From: an uncultured Gammaproteobacteria bacterium
Lineage (GTDB): Bacteria; Patescibacteriota; Patescibacteriia; Patescibacteriales; Patescibacteriaceae
Direction: 5' to 3'
DNA length: 64,000 bases
NCBI GenBank assembly: GCA_964593745.1
Contig: CAZQHN010000002.1
Location: 66,283-130,282, forward strand
The position numbers were made by a program, and so were the translations under genes. The notes under the pieces are model-generated. The model had not been told where the DNA came from. It saw nothing but the letters and a program-made list of their open reading frames with translations, and ran no database searches. Below, one piece after another: positions 19,457-27,812 of the stretch (positions are counted from its first letter, which is position 1; every line of letters starts with the position of its first letter).

Positions 19457-19484
19457 AAAATCGCCGATTACTCGGCGATTTTTT
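19457..19484 (+). terminator. Terminator of the csoR operon
   Basis: AAAATCGCCGA-TTAC-TCGGCGATTTTTT. Confidence 0.85.
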
Positions 19485-19990
19485 CATATTTTTTATACGC
19501 CTGTAACTTAACTTTATTGTCTCAAACCAGAGTCTGATAATTGTTCAATCAAATTTTTACCTTCCATGGTAAAGGTTTGAGTTATACCATAGTTTCCTGT
19601 GTTATCAGGTGCTTCTGTGCAAATACCTGGTTTTAGTGTGTCACAGGAGTAATATGCAATATAAGGTTTTATTGATTCAAAGCCGGTTGCTTTGGTAAAT
19701 TCTTTTTTTATAAAAAAACTTACTTAAACCAAACTTGTTATTTTAAAAATAATACTGGTGTAATAAATAATTCTAATGTTACTAGTCTTAAAGGCATCTT
19801 ATCCAAAGGATATAGAGATAAATTTTTATCAAACTCAGATATATTCAATAGACGAGTAAAAGGTAAATTTATCATTTTAAAGACCTTTTTATATTTAATA
19901 TAATATAAAGAGGTTTTTTTGTTTAAATTTAAACAAAAACATCACCAATCTTAGGGATGTTTTTTCTTGGGCAAGCAATCGAGAAAGTTG

Positions 19991-20010
19991 CCTGCCTGCC
20001 GGTAGGCAGG
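19991..20010. repeat. 20-bp palindromic insertion CCTGCCTGCCGGTAGGCAGG
   Basis: Near-perfect palindrome; related element at 37807-37826. Confidence 0.75.
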
Positions 20011-20076
20011 GAAAACTTTTTTGATGGATTATTTGTCTATGTAATTCAAGGTAGGCTTGCAATGCTTTAACATAGT

Positions 20077-20713
20077 TTATTTGTCATCGAATAAGCTATG
20101 AAAAAACTGATCTACTTCTTTCCAATCTTTAACTCTCGTTACATTTTTTGGTAACTTATCTATTTTGTTCCACGTGTAATCTCCAAATAGCAATCCCTTT
20201 ATGCCCATCGACGCTGCTGATTGAACATGTTTTAGTTGATCATCAATCAAAAAATCCGCATTTATATTCTTGGCCAATTCTCCTTTAGTCATATTAATAC
20301 TTTCCTTGTTGTGTACGTCAAAAAATCCACTGAATATATAATCACTGAAAATTTCTGGATAATATTTATCTAACCATTCTTTTGTTAACTGATTAATTGA
20401 TTCCCGTCTTGTTGTTAGCACTACAAGTGAAAAATGTTGTTTTAATTTTTTTCAAAACATCCAAAGCGCCATCAATAATATCATAAGTGGCGATATGGCC
20501 CGATGCATGATATTCAATTGCCCGACGTTCGGTTTCTTCATATTCAGTTTTCCATATTTCTCCCCAGTGCTCCTGATAGTCGTCAATGGTTAAGTGTGTG
20601 CCGTATTTTTTATTGCTAAACTCCACAAAACCAGCAGCATTAGCTGCTATTACATCATCAATGTCAACTGCAACAATTGGTTTTTCAATATGTTTTTTAT
20701 TTGTGTCAGTCAT
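20077..20713 (-). pseudogene. NT5C-like HAD 5'-nucleotidase split by a +1 frameshift
   Basis: AVDIDDVIA in the 5' frame, LTTR...FLIDD in the 3' frame; removing one A from the A7 run (20446-20452) restores one ORF. Confidence 0.82.
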
Positions 20714-20894
20714 TTAAATATCTAAAGTTTGTGTTCCCTTTAGTGGTCACACATATTCTAACACAAAAACACCCATTTTACAGGTGTGTTTTTGACTTTC
20801 TACTAGGGGTCCAGGTTGGGGTTTGGTTATAAATATTATACAAAATGGGGCGGTAGTGGGAAAGATGGTTGAGAAAATTGCCAAAAAAGTGTAG

Positions 20895-21305
20895 TTATGG
20901 GGTATGTTCAGAACTATATAAATTTTTTAATACTAACATTATATCTTCCAGTTTCTCGTATTCAATAATATAATTAGATATCCCGATTGATGTGTTTTTT
21001 ATAGTAGTACCTTTTTTTATTAAAATTATTATTTTTTTATTTAGCGCATAAGCCATACCAGCTTCTATCGCCCTGCCGCCAGTTGGTATGTCACTCATAT
21101 CTATTAAAAGAATATCTGATTTTTCTATTTCTTTTTTTACTCTACTCATTAGTTCTTTGGGGTCAGTAAAGGTTTTTTGATAATGTTCCACATCTCTAAT
21201 AAAACAAAAATCTTCAAAGCCTGAATCTCGAACAAGCGAGCAAAGATGTTCTATTTCTTTTTTGTTTTTAGATTCTTTAAATGTGGCCGTGATAAATATG
21301 CGCAT
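20895..21305 (-). CDS. Nucleoside 2-deoxyribosyltransferase-like protein
   Basis: IEKSDILLIDMS...GGRAIEAGMAYALNKKII. Confidence 0.8.
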   Translation of the reverse strand: MRIFITATFKESKNKKEIEHLCSLVRDSGFEDFCFIRDVEHYQKTFTDPKELMSRVKKEIEKSDILLIDMSDIPTGGRAIEAGMAYALNKKIIILIKKGTTIKNTSIGISNYIIEYEKLEDIMLVLKNLYSSEHTP

Positions 21306-21332
21306 AAATTATTTTCGTGAGTCTTTGGTGGG

Positions 21333-22136
21333 TTATTTTTTAATTTCAAAGACGACTCTTAGCGATGGCGTTAGTGTGTCGCCCGGAAGGCGCAAAATTC
21401 GAAGTATACAATAAACTGGAAAATATAGTAAAAACAAAATTATTTTAAAACCTTTGCGTGTCCCGCCAAGATTTTTGAATATATCAGCGTAGCGTTCCTC
21501 AAAATATACTACGGTCTTTTGCTTAAATGATTTTAAGTGCGGAGATTTTTTAAATATTTTTCTTAGCGAATAAATGTTTAAGTATTGAGATGGTGGGAAG
21601 CTATACTTTCGGATCATTTTTGTAATTTTGCTGCGCCATTTATCGCTTAAAAGCCAATGAACTAATGGAAGATTATTGTCATGATAATCAAAAGGAAATA
21701 GAAAGTTTGGTGTTTCAATTAAAATATGGCCATTATTTTTGCAAACCCGGATTGCTTCATCAAGAAGTAGTTTCTTTCCTTTTTTAGATAAGACGTGCTC
21801 AAGAACTTGCCACAAAACGATAAAGTCAAAAACATTGTCATCAAAAGGAAGCTTATAGGGATCTTTTTGTAGAGCCATCTCCACGTTATTTATTTGATGT
21901 TTTTTCATTTTCTCCTTAGCTTTTTCTAGTTCTTCTAAAGAAATGTCGCAACCGGTTACTTTGCTATTCGGAACATGAGCCAGTGCAAATAAATTTCTTC
22001 CATAGCCACAGCCTATTTCTAATATTATTGGATCTTTAGTATTTATATATCTTTTTGCAATCGGCAAAAGCTCTTCCAAAGCAAGTTTGTCACCTTCATC
22101 TGATTTGTATAGTTCATTGATTTGGTTTATTTTCAT
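21333..22136 (-). CDS. Class I SAM-dependent methyltransferase
   Basis: ILEIGCGYG, GCDIS, LPFDDNVFDFIVLWQVLEHV. Confidence 0.92.
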   Translation of the reverse strand: MKINQINELYKSDEGDKLALEELLPIAKRYINTKDPIILEIGCGYGRNLFALAHVPNSKVTGCDISLEELEKAKEKMKKHQINNVEMALQKDPYKLPFDDNVFDFIVLWQVLEHVLSKKGKKLLLDEAIRVCKNNGHILIETPNFLFPFDYHDNNLPLVHWLLSDKWRSKITKMIRKYSFPPSQYLNIYSLRKIFKKSPHLKSFKQKTVVYFEERYADIFKNLGGTRKGFKIILFLLYFPVYCILRILRLPGDTLTPSLRVVFEIKK

Positions 22137-22292
22137 AGTATTTTTCTTTAATTAGATTATAGTTTAATTATTTTGATCACGGAAATCTGTTATTAGTTTG
22201 TTCTACCTGCAGATCGGGGTTTGGTTATAAATATTATAGAAAATAAAGTTTCAATTAATAATTTATTTAGTAAGATATTTTTTAATCAAAAA

Positions 22293-23132
22293 TTAACCAA
22301 TTATTTTTAATATATAGTTTCCTAGTAAAAAACTAGCAATATTCATAACTATACTCAGTAAAAGCAATTCTTTATATGCTATAGTCTTTTTCATTGTGAT
22401 AAAGATAAATATCGACTCCACTATTACTATAGTTATCTCTGCAATTGTCGTAAAAATATAATAATTAACATTTATATAGCTTGATGTTAACCATAATAAC
22501 GGTATGGTAATTAGATTTATTAAAAAGATCCAGAGAATAATAATGTTTAAACTGTTGTTGGATGTACTATCGCTATAACTCTTTGTTTTTTTGATTAATA
22601 AATAAATAATTACTATAAGCAGTTCAATGATTATTGTTATTATTAATGACAGGGCAAAGATTGATAGTTTGCTATCGAAAATTGACCCCACTGTTACGCC
22701 CTGTTGCTCGCCGTTATCTAAAGACTCTTCATCATAATGAAAGTTTGCTGTTTTTTCTATTAGGAGACTATTTTTAGAAACCGTGACATTAAAATAAGAA
22801 TCCATCGTCCTTCCAGTGCTAAAAGTATTACTATATAGCATTTTTTTAGAAACCATTGCTCCGACTTGTAAGTAGTTAGTATATCCGTAAGACATTGAGT
22901 AGCAAGATAGTTTTGATCCATACTGACAGGAAATAGTTTGCGGCCCGAAACTTTCCATCTCTTTTTTATTTGTGCAGGCTTGATCAGTACATTCAAATAA
23001 TTTAACAGCCGATATGTTTGATGTTTTCCCTAAGAATTTTAAACTTATGCTTGGTTTAGGTCCAAGATCAGCTAAGGTTATCATTGGTAAAGTCAATAAG
23101 ATTAATGCACTTATTATAAATATTTTTTTCAT
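22293..23132 (-). CDS. Hypothetical protein: signal peptide, Cys-containing extracellular domain, 4-TM C-terminus
   Basis: ADLGPKPS after the signal peptide; TIIIE, INLITIP, AE..., MNIASF membrane motifs. Confidence 0.8.
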   Translation of the reverse strand: MKKIFIISALILLTLPMITLADLGPKPSISLKFLGKTSNISAVKLFECTDQACTNKKEMESFGPQTISCQYGSKLSCYSMSYGYTNYLQVGAMVSKKMLYSNTFSTGRTMDSYFNVTVSKNSLLIEKTANFHYDEESLDNGEQQGVTVGSIFDSKLSIFALSLIITIIIELLIVIIYLLIKKTKSYSDSTSNNSLNIIILWIFLINLITIPLLWLTSSYINVNYYIFTTIAEITIVIVESIFIFITMKKTIAYKELLLLSIVMNIASFLLGNYILKIIG

Positions 23133-23301
23133 ATGTTTTTATACTTATAATTAAATTATATCACCAAACAAAAATAACCCCAATTTGAGGTTATTTTTAT
23201 TAATGGGTCGAGGTTGGGATTTGGTTATAAATTTAGTAACAAATAGAATTCTTATTGGAAGCTTGATTGATAAAATCAAACCTTGAAAATACTTAAGATG
23301 G

Positions 23302-23439
23302 CTAATTAATTTCAAGGTTTTTGGAGTATGGCAAACTTTTTATATATGCTTCTATAAAATCCCAATTAATCTTCCTGTTTTTAAATGGTAGTTTAATTTT
23401 TGTTTCCTTTATTCTGTCTTGATTAAATTTTCTTCCATA
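23302..23439 (-). pseudogene. C-terminal fragment resembling a restriction-modification specificity (S) subunit
   Basis: YGRKFNQDRIKETKIKLPFKNRKINWDFIEAYIKSLPYSKNLEIN*. Confidence 0.6.
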
Positions 23440-23691
23440 TTAATTAATAAAATTATTAAGCAATAGACCGCCTACTATAAAGCTAGTGGCATTCATTGCT
23501 AAGCTCAGTAGCAAGAGCTTTTTCCAGTCTTCTTTTTGTTGGCTAAACCATAATATAAAATAAAATTCAAATATTACTGCAAATATTTCTGACAGTATTA
23601 ATATAGTTGGATAAGGCAGGGTAATTAGAGGTAATATAAACCAGACAATCGGTATAGAAATTATGTTTACTAAAATAACATAGATAAGTAT
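23440..23691 (-). pseudogene. 3' fragment of a paralog of the 22293..23132 membrane protein
   Basis: ILIYVILVNIISIPIVWF...SEIFAVIFE...KKLLLLSLAMNATSFIVG aligns with ILWIFLINLITIPLLW...AEITIVIVE...KELLLLSIVMNIASFLLG. Confidence 0.8.
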
Positions 23692-23968
23692 ATTTTTTTT
23701 CCATATTCAATGAATAATATTTAATCTTTTTTAATTCATCAAACATTGGCTTGTCTTTTAACACAATGACAAAATCAAGATCAGATATATTTTTTTTAAA
23801 ATTACCAGCAGCCACGCTACCTCTTATATAAATACTAAAAATGTTATTACCAAATTCTTTTTTACAAAAAAATAAAACCTCATTCAGAACTAATATAAGT
23901 TTTTTACCAATTTTATTTTTATTACCACTATTGACGAGGAAACCTCTTTTATCAGTGGATATAATCAT
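23692..23968 (-). pseudogene. 5' half of a Pol-beta-family nucleotidyltransferase
   Basis: SIYIRGSVAAG...ISDLDFVIV; the tail of track ORF 23567..23968 is an out-of-frame read of the next fragment. Confidence 0.75.
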
Positions 23969-23973
23969 ATAGA

Positions 23974-24615
23974 CTATTGAATAAATTTTAATTTATTGCC
24001 ATCAATAATAATTACTTCCCCGTCTCTTAGCGGTTTATATGAAATATTATTGTCTTTAAAAAATTGTTGCACTTGATTAACTTTGTCCGATTCAGGGTGA
24101 TTTGATTCAAAATGGGGAAGTATGGAAAAATCAACTAACCCCATGCCATTCCATAAAATTTCTTTATCATAATCTTCAGGTACAATATTTGGATCATCTA
24201 CAAAGTCTATTCCCTTCAATGTTGGCGTAGCTACAATACTCCCTGCGCTGTAGCCTCCGTAAACGAGTGAGTCATTAGCCAAAAATTCACGAATAATTTT
24301 ATCAAAGCCACTTTGATGCATGGCGCGCAGAAGAACAAAGGCATTTCCCCCTCTAACCCAAACTAAACCAGCTTTTGATAGGGTTTCTCTGAGTCCATCT
24401 GCTTTATTAAAATATAACCGTAAGTCAAGCTCTTCTGCATTAAGACCAAGTTCGTTAAATAAAACTATATTTTGGTTAATTCGTTCTTTAGTTGAATCTC
24501 TTGGAAAAAGATCTTGAGCGTTATTTACTATTAAAACCTTCTTATTACTATTCATTAATGACACTAGCTCTTCTGGTTTATTTCCCAGGCCATATGATGA
24601 AAGATAGAGTTTCAT
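23974..24615 (-). CDS. Peptidase E / S51-family protein
   Basis: WVRGGNAF, YGGYSAGS, ILPH. Confidence 0.9.
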   Translation of the reverse strand: MKLYLSSYGLGNKPEELVSLMNSNKKVLIVNNAQDLFPRDSTKERINQNIVLFNELGLNAEELDLRLYFNKADGLRETLSKAGLVWVRGGNAFVLLRAMHQSGFDKIIREFLANDSLVYGGYSAGSIVATPTLKGIDFVDDPNIVPEDYDKEILWNGMGLVDFSILPHFESNHPESDKVNQVQQFFKDNNISYKPLRDGEVIIIDGNKLKFIQ

Positions 24616-24729
24616 ATAAAATAATAAATTATATTTGAATTATATCACCAAACAAAAATAACCCCAATATTAGGGTTATTTTTTGGTGGGGTGAGTTATG
24701 TGATATGTTCAGGACTTTAAGAATAGAAA

Positions 24730-25197
24730 TTAGCGATTTTGGTCAACTAATCCACCAATATATTTAGCTTGATAGACAATTTCATTATTAGATTTAATAA
24801 TTTCTGTGCCATAAAAATTATCTACCTCGCCTTCATAAGAGTTATTATATTCCAAATTATTTTCAGTATATTTTTCTGGTCCACGATAAGGTTTATTTTC
24901 CGGGATTTGTTTTAAGGCATTTTGTAATACTTCGTAAACCTCACCAAAGTTATTATCTTTTTTAACTTGTCCATAATAAACCATTATATAAACGGGTTTA
25001 TTTTGATAAAAAACTACTTCGCGGCCGCCATACGGTTCGCCTCCAAAATAATTATCATGATATTTCCAATCACCCTCTTCAAAATACAAAGAAGTTGAAT
25101 TATCTTTTTCTTTTATTTGTTGAGCTTCGTCGCCTGAAGCGTACGTCGCTTTTTTAGCTTTGGCTAGAAATTTACAAAGCTCGGTTAGATTTATCAT
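24730..25197 (-). CDS. DUF5680-like protein
   Basis: FLAKAKKATYA, YHDNYFGGEPYGGREVV, PYRGP, Y.GG. Confidence 0.78.
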   Translation of the reverse strand: MINLTELCKFLAKAKKATYASGDEAQQIKEKDNSTSLYFEEGDWKYHDNYFGGEPYGGREVVFYQNKPVYIMVYYGQVKKDNNFGEVYEVLQNALKQIPENKPYRGPEKYTENNLEYNNSYEGEVDNFYGTEIIKSNNEIVYQAKYIGGLVDQNR

Positions 25198-25200
25198 AAG

Positions 25201-25274
25201 TGGGTGCCTACTGGGAGTTGAACCCAGACTAACGGGACCACAACCCGCTGTTCTACCGCTAAACTATAGGCACC
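25201..25274 (-). tRNA. tRNA-His(GTG)
   Basis: G-1, acceptor GTGCCTA/TAGGCAC, discriminator C, anticodon loop TTGTGGT, T arm CTGGG-TTCAACT-CCCAG. Confidence 0.95.
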
Positions 25275-25281
25275 ATATTAA

Positions 25282-25367
25282 TAGCAAGTGACAAGTTACA
25301 AGTAACAAGTAGCAAGCGCTGACTAAATTATTTTAATCAAAACTTGCTACTTGTTACTTTTTACTTG
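25282..25367. repeat. Inverted heptamer tandem-repeat element
   Basis: (AGCAAGT/GACAAGT/TACAAGT/AACAAGT)n ... (ACTTGCT/ACTTGTT)n; similar elements at 30080-30140 and 56074-56135. Confidence 0.7.
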
Positions 25368-25379
25368 GGACTGTGCTTG

Positions 25380-25583
25380 TGCCCCCGGTAGGAACCCTCC
25401 TTCGCTCCTTCGGAGCTACGGAAGGGCAAGTCGAACCTACATGACACATGTGCCTCCGGAGGGAATCGAACCCCCATAGCCAACTTAGAAGATTGGCGTC
25501 CTATCCATTGAACGACGGAGACTAATTTATATTATCCATTGCTTGTCCGCCGAAGCTTTAGCGTAGGCGGAAACTACAGGGAC
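25380..25583 (-). pseudogene. Disrupted outer tRNA enclosing tRNA-Arg and two palindromic inserts
   Basis: With inserts removed: GTCCCTGTAGTTCAATGGATA...GTAGGTTCGATTCCTACCGGGGGCA; acceptor and T stems still pair. Confidence 0.75.
25451..25522 (-). tRNA. tRNA-Arg(TCT)
   Basis: GTCTCCG/CGGAGGC acceptor, CCAAT-CTTCTAA-GTTGG anticodon arm, GGGGG-TTCGATT-CCCTC T arm. Confidence 0.95.
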
Positions 25584-25624
25584 TAAACTTTTCTAAAACT
25601 AACAAAAAAATGTCTAATTGTCAA

Positions 25625-26539
25625 TCATTTTTTGCGTCGTTTACCATGAAAAGCTTGATAAACATCGCGTAATTGTTGGTCAGTAATATGAGTATAAACT
25701 TGCGTTGTCGTAATTGAAGCATGACCCAGCATAGCTTGCACACTTCTAATATCGGCGCCGTTCATCAGTAGATCAGTCGCATAGCTATGGCGAAGAGTAT
25801 GAGGCGTTACCTTTTTCATAATACCAGCCAGTCGTGCATAACGCGAAACTAATCTTTCAATTGAACGTGGGGTAATAGGAAATAAAAGCGACTCTGGATC
25901 AGTGCGTAGAGCTAAGTACTTTTTTATCCAGTGGCGAGCTGTGTCTGATAAGAAAACTAAACGCACTTTACTGCCTTTACCACGCACGGTAAATTCTTCC
26001 TTATTTAAATTAATTTCTTCAACTTTTAATTTAGCTAATTCACTAACACGTAAACCAGTAGAAAATAAAGTTTCTAGAAGTGCTTTATCTCGTAATTGTT
26101 GCAATTGACCTTTGGTGTGTTGTAAGGGCATTTCTAAGATACGTTCTAAATCATGGCCTTCTAGAAAATCAACTTGTCTGGGTGCTTGTTTAGCTAGTTC
26201 TATTTTTTCCGGCTCTAGAGTTTTAATATCATTTTTAATTAAATACTTTAAAAAAGTACGTAGAGCAATTAAATGATAATTTTGGGTATTCTTTTTTATA
26301 TTATCGGCCGTGCGCGCTGGTAAGCGATTAAGATGCAGGCGCCATTGATGAACTAAAATTTTAGTAATATTTTCGGGCTTGGTAACGCCGCGCTCTTTAC
26401 TAAATAGCGCAAAGCGTTTTAAGAAAAAATTATAATTTCTTAAAGTTAAGGTTGATAAGCCACGATCAACTTCTAAATACTCAAGAAAATCAATGATAGC
26501 TTGGTCTAATGGTGTTTTTTTAAAATGAGTTTTAGCCAT
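25625..26539 (-). CDS. XerC/XerD-family tyrosine recombinase
   Basis: STGLRVSEL, RGKGSK, HTLRHSYAT, LGHASITTTQVYTH. Confidence 0.95.
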   Translation of the reverse strand: MAKTHFKKTPLDQAIIDFLEYLEVDRGLSTLTLRNYNFFLKRFALFSKERGVTKPENITKILVHQWRLHLNRLPARTADNIKKNTQNYHLIALRTFLKYLIKNDIKTLEPEKIELAKQAPRQVDFLEGHDLERILEMPLQHTKGQLQQLRDKALLETLFSTGLRVSELAKLKVEEINLNKEEFTVRGKGSKVRLVFLSDTARHWIKKYLALRTDPESLLFPITPRSIERLVSRYARLAGIMKKVTPHTLRHSYATDLLMNGADIRSVQAMLGHASITTTQVYTHITDQQLRDVYQAFHGKRRKK

Positions 26540-26592
26540 ATCTTAACATTGTACGACGTCTTGATTTATTTTTCAATTAATGTTATTCTCTA

Positions 26593-26658
26593 TGTGTCAT
26601 TCTCCGCGAAAGCGGGGAATCTAAAGTAGATTACCCGGTCAAGCCGGGCAATGACACA
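26593..26658. repeat. TGTCAT...ATGACA two-arm palindromic (REP-doublet-like) element
   Basis: Two internal hairpins closed by TGTGTCATT/AATGACACA; relatives at 32740, 38378, 58880. Confidence 0.8.
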
Positions 26659-26718
26659 AAAGATTATTATTAATATACCATATCTTGGAAATAGCCTTTG
26701 GCGGACTTTTTCTAGGAC

Positions 26719-27096
26719 ATGGCAAAGAAATCTATGTTGGACAAAAAGGCCAAACAAAGGATAATTAACAAATTTAAGGTGCATGAGACTGATACTGGTT
26801 CGCCTCAGGTGCAAATTGCTATTTTAAGTGAGGAAATCAATCAGTTAACCGATCACCTTAAGATGCATAAGCATGATTATTCATCTCGTCGTGGTTTATT
26901 AAGAAAAGTCGGTGAACGTCGCCGCCTATTAAAATATTTACAGCGTGAAGATGAAAAAGCTTTCATGGATTTAGCACAAAAGCTTAAATTAAAAATCGCT
27001 AAAAAAATGATTGAGGAAGAAGATGAACGCAAAAAGCTAGAAGCTGAATTATTAGCTGAAGATATTGGTGAAGAGCTTGAAGACAAAAATAATTAA
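26719..27096 (+). CDS. rpsO: 30S ribosomal protein S15 with acidic C-terminal extension
   Basis: HETDTGSPQVQIAIL...HKHDYSSRRGLLRKVGERRRLLKYL. Confidence 0.97.
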   Translation: MAKKSMLDKKAKQRIINKFKVHETDTGSPQVQIAILSEEINQLTDHLKMHKHDYSSRRGLLRKVGERRRLLKYLQREDEKAFMDLAQKLKLKIAKKMIEEEDERKKLEAELLAEDIGEELEDKNN

Positions 27097-27140
27097 AACT
27101 ATAACGGAAGCGAGCGTTAAGCTGGCTTCCCTTATTATTT

Positions 27141-27644
27141 ATGACTAAACACAAAAATCAAAGAGTCGCTGTTTTAGTTGATGCAGCTAATATGTATCAC
27201 AGCGCAAAAAATTTATATAAACGTCGGGTTAATTTTAAAGAAATTTTAAAAACAGTTATAGCTGATCGACAATTAATTAGAGCGATCGCTTATGTTATTA
27301 GTGGTTCGCACACTGATGAAGAAAAAAATTTTTGGGAAGCCTTGGATAGCCAGGGTTTTGAAGTAATTATTAAAGATTTGCAAGTTTATTTTGGTGGCGC
27401 TAAAAAAGCCGATTGGGATGTTGGCATTGCGATTGATGCAATTAAATTAGCCGATCATGTGGATGTGATTGTTTTAGTTTCCGGCGACGGTGATTATTTA
27501 CCACTAGTCGAATATTTACAAGTTGCTAAGGGTTGTCGAGTAGAAATTGCTGGTTTTAGACAAACAACCTCTACTAAATTAATTGAATTGGCTAATGAGT
27601 TTGTTAATTTAAGTGAAAGTAAAAAGTTTTTGATCGGAAGATAG
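27141..27644 (+). CDS. NYN/LabA-like PIN-domain protein
   Basis: VLVDAANMY, KADWDVGIAID, VSGDGDY. Confidence 0.92.
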   Translation: MTKHKNQRVAVLVDAANMYHSAKNLYKRRVNFKEILKTVIADRQLIRAIAYVISGSHTDEEKNFWEALDSQGFEVIIKDLQVYFGGAKKADWDVGIAIDAIKLADHVDVIVLVSGDGDYLPLVEYLQVAKGCRVEIAGFRQTTSTKLIELANEFVNLSESKKFLIGR

Positions 27645-27714
27645 ACCTCACCCGGCCCACCGAATCGGCGGGCCACCATCTCCTAGCTTAAGCTAGGAGA
27701 TGGGCTGGGGGTGA
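27644..27714. repeat. Palindromic element related to 2383..2485
   Basis: Starts GACCTCACCCG; CCATCTCCTAGCTTAAGCTAGGAGATGG hairpin; ends GGGGTGA. Confidence 0.7.
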
Positions 27715-27812
27715 ATTAAAAATTTAATAATTAATTAACGTTTTGCTCGTCAAACACACAGCACTGTGGTTAGTTCCATAGTTCTCTAGTTTGCCGGGCA
27801 GACACAAAAAAT

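Larger units (their letters stand above)
19930..25200 (-). mobile_element. Tandem cassette/islet array at the 3' end of tRNA-His
   Basis: All genes on the minus strand; five junction sequences (about 19935, 20765, 22205, 23155, 24640); several gene fragments. Confidence 0.65.

Noticed and set aside
19500..19900. Short open frames after the csoR operon terminator
   Set aside because: Probably gene debris, but I could not assign a family or reliable boundaries
25625..26539. Tyrosine recombinase as an integron integrase for the cassette array
   Set aside because: It lacks the IntI-specific insertion, looks like housekeeping Xer beside rpsO, and I found no attC-type sites at the junctions
26590..26814. 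74-aa minus-strand ORF
   Set aside because: Antisense to rpsO and ends in a palindromic repeat
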